From Candidatus Omnitrophota bacterium (GTDB lineage Bacteria > Omnitrophota > Gorgyraeia > DTHP01): 64,000 nt of DNA. A program made the translations under genes and the position numbers. Where the stretch lies: positions 66,400 through 130,399 of the forward strand of contig JAMWCW010000001.1 in the NCBI GenBank assembly GCA_023819145.1. The letters run 5' to 3'. Numbering within the stretch: the stretch's first letter is position 1; each line of letters starts with the position of its first letter. Under the pieces are notes generated by a model. That model was not told the origin of the DNA and did no database searches. It worked only from the letters and a program-made list of their open reading frames with translations. Of the stretch, positions 50,759-60,161 are shown piece after piece.

Positions 50759-51431
50759 TCTTTTTTTATTTTTAACGATTTTTTTCTTTAGTACCGATAT
50801 TAATGCCGAAGATTTTTCCTTAGCAAGAGAAAGAATGGTTAAAGAGCAGATTGAAATAAGAGGAATAAAAAACCCTCGACTTTTGGAGGTAATGCGTAAA
50901 GTAGAAAGACACCTTTTTGTTCCTTCTTCCTATAGAATGTTTGCTTATGAAGATAGCCCCCTTCCCATCGGTTTTGGACAAACTATTTCTCAGCCGTATA
51001 TTGTGGCTTTAATGACAGAATTATTGGATTTAAAGGGTACGGAAAAGGTCTTAGAAATTGGGACTGGATCCGGTTATCAGGCAGCAATTTTAGCAGAGCT
51101 CGCCAAAGAAGTTTACACCATAGAAATCATCAAACCCTTGGCAGAGAAAGCAGAGGAGTTGCTTAAAGATTTGGGTTACGCTAATATCTTTGTAAAATAT
51201 GGAGACGGATTTTTAGGTTGGCCAGATAAAGCCCCTTTTGAGGCAATAATTGTAACCTGTGCACCTCCAGAGATTCCTCCTCCTCTAATTGAGCAGTTAG
51301 TGGAAGGAGGAAGATTGGTTATTCCCGTTGGAGAAGACTGGCAGATTTTAAAGCGCGTAGAAAAGAGAGAAGGGAAGGTTTTTATAAAGGATATTATCCC
51401 GGTGATTTTTGTTCCCATGATGAGAGATTGA
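50751..51431 (+). CDS. pcm: protein-L-isoaspartate O-methyltransferase with apparent N-terminal signal peptide
   Basis: TISQPYIVALMTELL, VLEIGTGSGYQAAILAEL, FEAIIVTCAPPEIPPPLIEQL; 25-aa hydrophobic N-extension MVNLFLFLTIFFFSTDINA precedes the region aligning to the E. coli Pcm N-terminus; alternative start ATG 50835. Confidence 0.8.
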   Translation: MVNLFLFLTIFFFSTDINAEDFSLARERMVKEQIEIRGIKNPRLLEVMRKVERHLFVPSSYRMFAYEDSPLPIGFGQTISQPYIVALMTELLDLKGTEKVLEIGTGSGYQAAILAELAKEVYTIEIIKPLAEKAEELLKDLGYANIFVKYGDGFLGWPDKAPFEAIIVTCAPPEIPPPLIEQLVEGGRLVIPVGEDWQILKRVEKREGKVFIKDIIPVIFVPMMRD

Positions 51432-53686
51432 TGAAAAAGAAATTGATTCTTTCTTTAATGGTGTTGGGTTTAAGCGGAATAATAGCCGAAGTTTTACTTT
51501 TGCGGGAACTTTTGATAATTTTTTATGGTAATGAGTTAACCATTGGAATAATTCTAGCTAACTGGTTAATTCTTGAGGCGATAGGAGCATACTTACTGGG
51601 TAAGAACATAGAGCATATTTTGCGAAAATTAGAAGGCTTTGTGGGGTTGGAGGTTATTTTTTCTCTCTCTTTTCCTTGGGCTATTTATCTTACGCGCATT
51701 ATCAGAGATGTTTTTGGAATTGTTCCGGGTGTTGGGCTGGGTTTGGGTCCAGTTTTTTTGTTTTCTTTTTTGGTACTTTTCCCTGTTAGCGTGTCTCACG
51801 GAGCGCTTTTTACCTTCGGGTGTAGAATTTTTTCTCTGCATGTGCAGCCGGAAGCGAAAGGAATCGGGAGAGTTTATGTTTATGAAACGATAGGAACTAT
51901 TCTTGGCGGTTTGATTTTTACCTATTTTTTAATTCCTTATCTACATTCTTTTCAGATTGCGTTCAGTATAACTTTAATAAATTTTTTGCTCTGTGTTTTA
52001 CTATTAGGAAAATTCTGGGATAAAGGTAGGACTTTAACGAGTAAAACTTTAGGGTTAGTTGTTGCCATTTTATGTTTTATCAATATTATCTTATTTACAG
52101 GAGAGGTGGAAAAGATTCATCGTTATTCTATCCGCAGACAATGGAAGGAGTATGAAGTTAAATATTATCAAAATACATTCTTTGGTAATATAGTGGTGGC
52201 AGAAAAGGAAAATGCGCTTACTTTCTTTTTTAACGGTTTACCTCTGGTTGACTTATCATCTCCGGATGTTTATTCGGTGGAGGAGTTTGCACATTTTTCT
52301 CTGCTTTCTCACGAGGCACCAAGGGATGTTCTGGTTATTGGTAAAGGAGCAGGAGGATTAATTAATGAGTTACTTAAACATTCAGTCAAAAGTATTGATT
52401 ACGTAGAGATTGACCCCCTATTTTTAAAGGCTCTTAAGAAATTTTCTAATTCGCTTATTGCAGAAGAACTTAATAATCCTCGAGTAAATATTATCTCTCT
52501 CGATGGCAGATTTTTTATTAAGAGAACAGATAAAAAATATGATTTGATTCTTGTGGGTATTATTAATCCCTGGGACTTACAGAGCAATCGTTATTTTACC
52601 CAAGAATTTTTCTCTTTGGCAAAGCGGAGTTTAAAAGATAAAGGTATTTTAGCCTTTCGTCTTCCCAGCTTGCCCCGGGCGATTTTAAATTTGAAAGAAC
52701 TCAGGGAACTCAATGGTTCAATTCTCTTTGCCTTAGAGAAGGTATATAGATGCACAAGAGTAATTCCCGGTGATGGGAATAATCTTTTTCTTGCTTCGAC
52801 GAGTAAAGAGATTACGTTGATTGATTCTAAATTGTTTATAGAGAGGATGAAGGATAGAAGAATTGCCACTTCGTTGCTTATCCCTCCCTATGTTGAATAT
52901 AGATTAGAGCCATGGTGGTATAATAATTTCTTTAATTCTCTTAAGGATGCTCCTCTTAATCTTAACAAGGACTTTAAACCCATAGCTACATTTTATAGCC
53001 TTGCCTACTGGAATGCGCTTTTTTCACCCTATTTATTAGGAATTTCACGGGGAATAGATAAAACAATTCTTTTTACGGGAATCTTTCTTCTTTGTTCTTT
53101 TGTGGTGGTATTACTATCCAGAAGAATTCGTTTAAGCATTCCCTATTCTGTTTTAACTACTGGTTTTTCGGGAATGCTTTTTAATTTAGTCTTGATTTTC
53201 GTCTTTCAGATAGTCTACGGATATGTCTTTCACTGGATAGGTTTTTTAATCACTTCTTTCATGGGAGGTGTAGCGTTTGGAGGTTTTCTTATGACAGAAA
53301 ATTTAGAAAAGATTAAAAGAGACCGTTTCTGGTTTCTGAATACAGAACTATCTCTTATCTTATTTTCAATAATCCTTCCTTTTATTTTCTTTATTATCCA
53401 CAATTTTTCAAATAATCCATTTGTTTTTCTTCTTACCGCTTTCCTTGCGGGGATATTTATCGGAGTGCAGTTTCCTTTAGCTAATAAGATCTATCTGAAT
53501 AATTGTCCTGATTTGAGTAAGACCGCTGGTTTACTTTATGGTGCGGATTTAGTAGGAGGTTGGTTTGCAGGAATATGTGGGGGGATTTTAATCTTACCTC
53601 TTTTGGGAGTTTATGGGACCTTTATGGTAATTTTTATACTTAAATTAGCTAGCTTCACTATATTCTTCTTTAGCCGGAGGTTTTGA
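51428..53686 (+). CDS. polytopic membrane protein fused to spermidine-synthase-like (polyamine aminopropyltransferase fold) domain
   Basis: Central DVLVIGKGAGGLINELLKH and DLILVGIINPWD motifs (SpeE-like SAM fold) flanked by about 7 N-terminal and about 6 C-terminal TM helices. Confidence 0.65.
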   Translation: MMKKKLILSLMVLGLSGIIAEVLLLRELLIIFYGNELTIGIILANWLILEAIGAYLLGKNIEHILRKLEGFVGLEVIFSLSFPWAIYLTRIIRDVFGIVPGVGLGLGPVFLFSFLVLFPVSVSHGALFTFGCRIFSLHVQPEAKGIGRVYVYETIGTILGGLIFTYFLIPYLHSFQIAFSITLINFLLCVLLLGKFWDKGRTLTSKTLGLVVAILCFINIILFTGEVEKIHRYSIRRQWKEYEVKYYQNTFFGNIVVAEKENALTFFFNGLPLVDLSSPDVYSVEEFAHFSLLSHEAPRDVLVIGKGAGGLINELLKHSVKSIDYVEIDPLFLKALKKFSNSLIAEELNNPRVNIISLDGRFFIKRTDKKYDLILVGIINPWDLQSNRYFTQEFFSLAKRSLKDKGILAFRLPSLPRAILNLKELRELNGSILFALEKVYRCTRVIPGDGNNLFLASTSKEITLIDSKLFIERMKDRRIATSLLIPPYVEYRLEPWWYNNFFNSLKDAPLNLNKDFKPIATFYSLAYWNALFSPYLLGISRGIDKTILFTGIFLLCSFVVVLLSRRIRLSIPYSVLTTGFSGMLFNLVLIFVFQIVYGYVFHWIGFLITSFMGGVAFGGFLMTENLEKIKRDRFWFLNTELSLILFSIILPFIFFIIHNFSNNPFVFLLTAFLAGIFIGVQFPLANKIYLNNCPDLSKTAGLLYGADLVGGWFAGICGGILILPLLGVYGTFMVIFILKLASFTIFFFSRRF

Positions 53687-53687
53687 T

Positions 53688-54602
53688 TTGTTTAGAAAAA
53701 AAATAAAACTTTTTTCTTTAATCATCTTCTTTTCAGCGGTTATTTATTTTTCATACCTTACCTATACTAAAATCGAGCGCATAATAAGAGAAAAAGAACT
53801 GTTTAGAAAAAGGGAACTCGCCTGGACAGAACTAAGAAAAGATTTAGGAAATAAATTGAAAGAGTTCAAAGGAAAGGTAGGGATATTGATCAAAGATTTA
53901 GAGACAAACTGGGTAATTTCTTTTAATGAGGAACTTTCTTTTCCTGCAGCAAGTTTGATAAAAGTGCCCATTATGCTTGCCTGTTTTTCTGCGGTTGAAG
54001 AAGGAAGAATGAAATTTGAAGATACTGTAAAATTAAAAAATTCTGATAAAACTTCCGGCTCGGGAATATTAAAAAACTTACCCGCGGGAAAAATCTTTAA
54101 TATTGAACGCCTCGTTGAACTTATGATTACCGTGAGTGATAATACAGCTACTAATATACTGATAGAGAAATTAGGTTTTGAATACTTAAACAATTATTTT
54201 AATAAAATTGGGTTAAGAAACACTACTCTTGTACGGAGGATGATGGATTTTCGCGAGCGTAAAAAAGGAGTAGATAACTTTACTACCGCAAAAGATATGG
54301 CTTGTGTTTTTGAAAAGATTTATCGTAAACAGAAGGTAAAGGCAAATTTTGCCGATAAATCTCTTGGTTTTCTGGAGGCGCAGAAATATCGTGATCGCAT
54401 TCCTTCAAAACTACCTCCCGAAATAAAAGTAGCGCATAAAACAGGGTTAGAACGAGGTGTATGTCATGATACAGGGATAGTTTTTGGACCTAAAGGAGAT
54501 TTTCTTATTGTAGTTTTGACAGAAGGTGCAGAGGCAAAGAATGCTAAGGAATTTATTGCCGATGTCTCTTTTCGTGTCTACAGCTATTACCTTAAATTTT
54601 AG
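53688..54602 (+). CDS. class A beta-lactamase-like serine hydrolase
   Basis: SLIK (SxxK), SDN, HKTGL (KTG) in correct order and spacing; N-terminal signal/TM; TTG start after RBS ccggagg. Confidence 0.6.
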   Translation: MFRKKIKLFSLIIFFSAVIYFSYLTYTKIERIIREKELFRKRELAWTELRKDLGNKLKEFKGKVGILIKDLETNWVISFNEELSFPAASLIKVPIMLACFSAVEEGRMKFEDTVKLKNSDKTSGSGILKNLPAGKIFNIERLVELMITVSDNTATNILIEKLGFEYLNNYFNKIGLRNTTLVRRMMDFRERKKGVDNFTTAKDMACVFEKIYRKQKVKANFADKSLGFLEAQKYRDRIPSKLPPEIKVAHKTGLERGVCHDTGIVFGPKGDFLIVVLTEGAEAKNAKEFIADVSFRVYSYYLKF

Positions 54603-54697
54603 AATTTAAATATGGAAAATAAAACTTGACAAAAACAATTGAATAAAATAAAATAATTTTATAAAATCCTTTAAAATTATAAAAGGAGGGAAGAATA

Positions 54698-55969
54698 ATG
54701 GAGAGAAAATTTATTTTTCTTTTAATTTTATGTTTTTTTATAATTGGTTGCGGAAAGAAAGAGACAAGAGAATCTATACCCACCATTAAAGTAGCCTTTT
54801 GGGGTACTCCTGAAGAGGTAGAGATTATAGAGAATATCATTCTACCTTGGCAAAAGGAGCATCCGCAAATAAAAGTAGAATTACAACACTCCCCTTTTGC
54901 CGGTTATGTGAATAAGATTCTAACACGGATTGCTGGTGGCGCTCCACCTGATGTGATATGTGCCGAGGCAAATCTTTTTGTAAGTTTATGGAATAAAGGG
55001 ATATTTTTAAATCTTAGTCCTTTTCTCGAGAAAGAAATAGGCTTTTCTATAAAAGATTTCTTTCCCGAAGTAGTCAATCGTTTTACTGTGGAGGGGAAGG
55101 TCTATGGTATTCCTCGGGACACCGCTCCCTTTGCTTGCGTTTATTACAACAAGAAGATTTTTGACGAGAAGAATGTTTCCTATCCTACTGATGATTGGAG
55201 TTGGCAGGATTTATTAGAAAAAGCAAAAGCCCTTACTGAATATGATGAACAAGGGAGAGCCCTCTGTTATGGTTTTTACGGCTGGGCTTGGCAGAATTTT
55301 ATCTATTCTAACGGAGGTGCTCTTGTAGATAATGTAGAAAAACCTACTCTTTGTCTTCTGGACCGTCCTGAATCTATTGAGGGTTTAGAATTTTATGTCG
55401 ATTTAATTCATAAGTATAAAGTTTCTCCTACACCTACTGCTCTCATAAACTTGGGGATGGGGGTCCAGATGATGTTTATGACCGGAAGGCTAGCAATGTT
55501 TTCTTCAGGAATCTGGGAGACCCCTATTTTAAGAAAAGCAAAAGATTTTGATTGGGATGTGGTAATGTTTCCCAAAGGGCCAAAAGGCATCAGGGGGTTT
55601 GGAACAGGAGGGAGTGCCTATGGAATTTTGAAAACAACGAAATATCCTAAAGAAGCTTGGGAGGTAGTAAAGGCACTTACTAATGAAAGAGCCCAGACAA
55701 TTCTCGCAGATTCCGGACTCGCTCAGCCGGCGAATCGGAAAATAGCAGAGAGTGAACATTTTGCTTTGGATGAGAAGTTACCAAAGAATAAGAAAATGCT
55801 TAACGAAGCAGTAAAATATATTTCTTACGAACCTTTTCATGGCCGTTGGAGGGAGATTAATGAGTTGTATATTGTGCCTGAACTTGATATGGTTTTTAAT
55901 GGACAGAAGAGTGTACGGGAAGCGATTGCTAAGATTGTTCCCGATATAAATAAGTTATTGAAACAATAA
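54698..55969 (+). CDS. ABC transporter extracellular solute-binding lipoprotein (family 1, sugar type)
   Basis: Lipobox IIGCG; size and composition typical; RBS aaaaggaggg; possible promoter TTGACA at 54626-54631. Confidence 0.6.
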   Translation: MERKFIFLLILCFFIIGCGKKETRESIPTIKVAFWGTPEEVEIIENIILPWQKEHPQIKVELQHSPFAGYVNKILTRIAGGAPPDVICAEANLFVSLWNKGIFLNLSPFLEKEIGFSIKDFFPEVVNRFTVEGKVYGIPRDTAPFACVYYNKKIFDEKNVSYPTDDWSWQDLLEKAKALTEYDEQGRALCYGFYGWAWQNFIYSNGGALVDNVEKPTLCLLDRPESIEGLEFYVDLIHKYKVSPTPTALINLGMGVQMMFMTGRLAMFSSGIWETPILRKAKDFDWDVVMFPKGPKGIRGFGTGGSAYGILKTTKYPKEAWEVVKALTNERAQTILADSGLAQPANRKIAESEHFALDEKLPKNKKMLNEAVKYISYEPFHGRWREINELYIVPELDMVFNGQKSVREAIAKIVPDINKLLKQ

Positions 55970-55987
55970 AAAAGAGGAGGTGGGAAA

Positions 55988-57190
55988 ATGGCGGAAGAAA
56001 TTTTTGGTGAAGAAATAATGAGCGACCGTGAAAGGAAGAACTGGGTAATTCTGGATTTGATTCGGCGTAAGGGACCAATTACCCGAACCGAAATTTCTAA
56101 GGAAACACAGCTTAATATAGTGACAGTTTCCAACTATATTAATAGTTATATTCAAAAAGGATTGGTTTTAGAAGGGGGGCTTGATGTTTCCAGCGGTGGT
56201 CGAAGACCGGTGATGGTAGAGCTTAATCCCAAGGCGGGATTTGTTGTTGGTGTCGGTCTTGACCTTTTTAATATTATAGGGCTTACTACTGATCTTCAGG
56301 CAAATGTCTTGGTTAAGGTAAAGAAACCTCGTCCTGTTGGTTCCGAGGATATGGTTATAGACAATATCGTAGATTTGGTAGATGAGTTAATGAAGAAATC
56401 TGAATTGGAACCCTCCAAGATTAAGGGTTTAGGAGTAGGCATTCCCGGAATAATAGACCGCCGAGTAGGGACAATTCGCTGGCCAAATCAGATGGGAAGT
56501 ATTTATATTTCTACTTTGAAGAGTCTATTGGAACAGAAATTTGGCATTCCTACCTTTATCGAGAATGATGCCACTGTTGCCGCCTGCGGAGAAAGAGAAC
56601 TGGAATTGGAAACAGGAGTCCAGAATCTTATATTTATGTATTCGGGAGTAGGTTCGGGGATTATTATTAATGGTCAGGTTTACCGTGGAGCAAGTGGATG
56701 TGCGGGAGAACTGGGGATTGCTAATTTTACCGAAGATGAGAAACATAAATGGGGTGGTATGGCACGTTGGGAAGCAGATTTGGGCTTAACAACGCGGGCA
56801 ATAGAAGCGATTAAGAAAGGAGAAAAGACACGGATTTTTGATCTGGCCAATGGAGATGTAAATAAGATTACCATGAAAACCGTGGTGGAAGCAGCCAAAG
56901 AAGGCGATGCATTAGCTGATAAATTGGTAGAAGAGGCGGGTATAGAACTGGGTATACGTATTGCCTACTTGGTTAACTTTCTCAATCCTGAAGTAGTGGT
57001 AATCGGAGGAGGGATTGAACGTGCGGGGGCAGTGCTTCTCGATGCTATAAAACGCACGGTGAGAGCAAGAGCGTTTGAAGAAATGGCAAATGTTGTGCGT
57101 ATTGTCCCTACCCAGTTGGGAGAAGATTCGGTTGCTATGGGTGCAGTAAGTTTGGTAATTCAAGAAATCTTTACCCATGTGATGCTTTAA
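55988..57190 (+). CDS. ROK-family transcriptional regulator (N-terminal wHTH plus ROK sugar-kinase fold)
   Basis: HTH ITRTEISKETQLNIVTVSNYIN; glycine-rich GVGIPGIID and GSGIIINGQVYRGASGCAGELG ROK segments; RBS agaggaggtg. Confidence 0.65.
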   Translation: MAEEIFGEEIMSDRERKNWVILDLIRRKGPITRTEISKETQLNIVTVSNYINSYIQKGLVLEGGLDVSSGGRRPVMVELNPKAGFVVGVGLDLFNIIGLTTDLQANVLVKVKKPRPVGSEDMVIDNIVDLVDELMKKSELEPSKIKGLGVGIPGIIDRRVGTIRWPNQMGSIYISTLKSLLEQKFGIPTFIENDATVAACGERELELETGVQNLIFMYSGVGSGIIINGQVYRGASGCAGELGIANFTEDEKHKWGGMARWEADLGLTTRAIEAIKKGEKTRIFDLANGDVNKITMKTVVEAAKEGDALADKLVEEAGIELGIRIAYLVNFLNPEVVVIGGGIERAGAVLLDAIKRTVRARAFEEMANVVRIVPTQLGEDSVAMGAVSLVIQEIFTHVML

Positions 57191-57230
57191 ATTCTAAAAG
57201 AATAAAGACACATAGAGAAGAAACAAAAGA

Positions 57231-57425
57231 ATGGAATGTACCCAAAAGAAAAATTTGGATTTTTGCACTTGCACTTACGAACCCTGTCCTCGTAAAGGCA
57301 AGTGCTGTGAATGTATAATCTATCATCGAAACAAGGGGCAACTTCCCGGATGTCTTTTCCCACCCCAGGCAGAGAAATCTTACGACCGTTCTCTGAAAGC
57401 ATTCATCTCTGCGTTTAAGAAATAG
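57231..57425 (+). CDS. small cysteine-rich protein (7 Cys in 40 aa), possible metal-binding
   Basis: CTCTYEPCPRKGKCCECIIYHRNKGQLPGC; weak RBS. Confidence 0.3.
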   Translation: MECTQKKNLDFCTCTYEPCPRKGKCCECIIYHRNKGQLPGCLFPPQAEKSYDRSLKAFISAFKK

Positions 57426-57434
57426 AGGGGAATT

Positions 57435-57854
57435 ATGGAAAGCAAAGATAATGGTTTAATTGAAATGGAACTTTTTAGAATCCAGATAGATGAAAATAGA
57501 GGAGAACAGGTGATTGTTCTCAAGGAAAAAAATGGCACACGCACTATGCCCATTGTTATTGGCATTGTGGAAGCTACAGCCATAAAGATGAAAATCGGTG
57601 GTTTTTCGCCTCCTCGTCCTTTGACGCACGATTTACTTAATAATACTATTAAGGAACTGGATGCCCATTTAGAACGGATTGTGGTAGAAAAACTTGAGGA
57701 TAATATTTTTTATGCTAAGCTTGTAATCCGAGATTATGTGGGTAATTTTAGAGAAGTTGATGCCCGTCCATCCGACTCTATTGCTTTAGCCCTCCGTGCC
57801 AATGCTCCTATCTTTGTACGCAACGAAGTTTTAGAAAAATTGAAGCTTACATGA
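57435..57854 (+). CDS. bifunctional nuclease (BFN/DUF151) domain protein
   Basis: MPIVIGIVEATAIKMKIGGFSPPRPLTHDLL and FREVDARPSDSIALALR match BFN domain; RBS agagggg. Confidence 0.65.
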   Translation: MESKDNGLIEMELFRIQIDENRGEQVIVLKEKNGTRTMPIVIGIVEATAIKMKIGGFSPPRPLTHDLLNNTIKELDAHLERIVVEKLEDNIFYAKLVIRDYVGNFREVDARPSDSIALALRANAPIFVRNEVLEKLKLT

Positions 57855-58897
57855 ACACCTTTGAATTTCAAGCTACAGGTATTGGGAGTTTAGGACACGT
57901 TAATTACCAGGAAGCGGTTTCTTTTGTATTAGACCTTTTTCCCGAAATTCCTTTTTGGGTTCAGCTTCCCCAGCGCTGTTTCCGAGAGAATATGTATGTT
58001 CAATTTAGTGAAGGTATTCCTGGTATTGTAGTTAAGGAAGAAGAGAGGAAGGTCTATGTTGATACACGGAAAATAACTGAAGAGGACTTGTCCAATATCT
58101 ACGAGCATTATCTTGGAGGCAAGAATGATTTTTTTGGGATAAGCAAAGAATACGCGGAGGGATTTTATGAGTTTATTGAACAGCTAAGAGCAAAAAAGAT
58201 TTCTTGCTCTTTCCTAAAAGGTCAGATTATCGGACCGATTAGTTTTATGCTTACGGTCACCGACGATTCTAAAAAACCGCTTATCTATCAGGAACAAATT
58301 GCAGACTCAATTCTTAAAATTCTTACAATGAAAGCCAGATGGCAAGTAAGAAGATTAAAAGAGATTGCTCAAAGGGTAATTATTTTCGTTGATGAGCCGT
58401 ATTTAGTTTCTCTCGGTTCAGGTTATGTGAATTTAGACTTTCGGGATGTTTTGAAGAATCTTGATGAAATGATTGAGGGTATTCGGCAGGAAAATGCCTT
58501 GGTGGGGATTCACTGCTGTGGGAATACCGATTGGGGATTGTTAACTCAGACAAAAACTGATATCATAAGTTTCGATGCTTATAATTTTAGCGAATCAATT
58601 TTAGTGTATTCTGAAGCGATAAATATTTTTATGAAACGAGGGGGGGTAATTGCTTGGGGAATAGTTCCTACGGACTCTGACGTGGAAAAACTCAGCTCTA
58701 AGGAGTTATTTAAGAAATTTATGGAAACAGTAGAAATACTTGTTTCCAAGGGATTAAATAGAGAGTTGATTTATAAGCAGTCAATAATTACTCCCGGCTG
58801 TGGTTTAGGAAGCTTTTCCTCAGAGAAAGGAGAGGTTGTTCTCCGCGCTACTTGTGAATTATCTCGTAAGTTAAGAAAAGAATTGTTTTTCAGGTAG
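57851..58897 (+). CDS. UroD/MetE-like superfamily protein (possible Zn-dependent methyltransferase)
   Basis: IIFVDEPYL (like MetE IQIDEPA) and GIHCCGNTDWG (His-x-Cys zinc motif); tentative. Confidence 0.3.
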   Translation: MNTFEFQATGIGSLGHVNYQEAVSFVLDLFPEIPFWVQLPQRCFRENMYVQFSEGIPGIVVKEEERKVYVDTRKITEEDLSNIYEHYLGGKNDFFGISKEYAEGFYEFIEQLRAKKISCSFLKGQIIGPISFMLTVTDDSKKPLIYQEQIADSILKILTMKARWQVRRLKEIAQRVIIFVDEPYLVSLGSGYVNLDFRDVLKNLDEMIEGIRQENALVGIHCCGNTDWGLLTQTKTDIISFDAYNFSESILVYSEAINIFMKRGGVIAWGIVPTDSDVEKLSSKELFKKFMETVEILVSKGLNRELIYKQSIITPGCGLGSFSSEKGEVVLRATCELSRKLRKELFFR

Positions 58898-58899
58898 TT

Positions 58900-60069
58900 A
58901 TGAAATTTAATAAGCCTCTTACGCGCAGAAACTTCATAAAAAAAACCTGCCTCTTTTGCTTAAGTTTGGGGTTTTCCGGTCTCATAAAGTCTCTCCTCAA
59001 AGAAAAATTTGTCTTTGGAGATATCCTGCTTCGTCAGGGAATGCGGGAGGCAATGTTTTATGATGTTATAGATACGGAGACGGTGCAGTGTCATTTATGT
59101 CCACGTAATTGCACATTGACAAACGGTCAGCGCAGTTTCTGTCGTGTAAGGGAACCCGAGAAGGGTAAACTTTATAGTTTAGTTTATGGGCTTGCTTGTG
59201 CGGTGCATGTTGACCCGATAGAGAAAAAACCCATATTTCATATGCTTCCCGGAACGAGTTCCTTTTCTATAGCTACGGTAGGTTGCAATCTCCGTTGTAA
59301 GTTCTGTCAGAACTGGACAATTTCGCAGGTTAAGCCAGAGGAAGTTGACTACCTATATTTACCGCCACTGGAGGTTATTAAAATGGCTGAGGAAAAAAAA
59401 TGTGCATCCATTGCCTATACTTATACAGAACCAACTATCTTCTATGAGTATATGCTTGATACCGCAAAACTCGCTAAAGAAAAAAATATAAAAAATATTT
59501 ATGTCACCGCTGGCTATATTAATCCCCAGCCCGCAAGACTTTTAGCTAAATATATTGATGCGGCAAACATTGACCTTAAGGCATATGATGATGAGTATCT
59601 CCAAAATATCTGTGCCCAGAGACTCGAGCCTCTTCTTGAAGCAATAAAGTTGTTTAAGGATTTAGGAGGCTGGGTAGAGATTACTAACTTAATTCTTCCC
59701 ACATTGAATGACAAAATGGAAAAAATTCGCCAAATGTGCTACTGGATAAAGAAGAATTTAGGTGCGGATACCCCTATACATTTTTCAAGATTTTCTCCAA
59801 TGTATAAGATGGTTCATTTACCTTCTACACCAGTTTCTACCTTGGAGGAGGCAAGAAGGGTAGCCATGGAGGTTGGGCTTAACTATGTTTATATCGGAAA
59901 TGCTCCCGGACATCCCGGAGAACATACCTACTGTCCGGGATGTAAAAAAATACTTATCGAAAGAAAAGGATTTTTTCTAACCCAATATAATTTAAATAAA
60001 AATAGATGTAAATATTGCAAGTGCGAGATTGCCGGAATCTGGCCTGAAAAATATTCTTTAGTTGATTAG
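58900..60069 (+). CDS. AmmeMemoRadiSam-system radical SAM enzyme with twin-arginine (Tat) signal peptide
   Basis: N-terminal LTRRNFIKKTCLFCLSLGFSG (S/T-R-R-x-F-L-K plus h-region); CHLCPRNCTL, PIFHMLPGTSSFSIATVGCNLRCKFCQNW radical-SAM CxxxCxxC cluster. Confidence 0.75.
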   Translation: MKFNKPLTRRNFIKKTCLFCLSLGFSGLIKSLLKEKFVFGDILLRQGMREAMFYDVIDTETVQCHLCPRNCTLTNGQRSFCRVREPEKGKLYSLVYGLACAVHVDPIEKKPIFHMLPGTSSFSIATVGCNLRCKFCQNWTISQVKPEEVDYLYLPPLEVIKMAEEKKCASIAYTYTEPTIFYEYMLDTAKLAKEKNIKNIYVTAGYINPQPARLLAKYIDAANIDLKAYDDEYLQNICAQRLEPLLEAIKLFKDLGGWVEITNLILPTLNDKMEKIRQMCYWIKKNLGADTPIHFSRFSPMYKMVHLPSTPVSTLEEARRVAMEVGLNYVYIGNAPGHPGEHTYCPGCKKILIERKGFFLTQYNLNKNRCKYCKCEIAGIWPEKYSLVD

Positions 60070-60080
60070 AGGTTCATCCC

Positions 60081-60109
60081 TTGACGCTCTCCTAAGAATA
60101 TGCTATCTT
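60081..60109 (+). promoter_or_regulatory. candidate promoter cccTTGACG -17- TATCTT
   Basis: Same cccTTGACG -35 context as the promoters at 2261 and 3913. Confidence 0.3.
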
Positions 60110-60161
60110 TTATATTAGAGAGATTAAATTACTTTTTAAATTAAAATAAAAAGGTGTTTTT

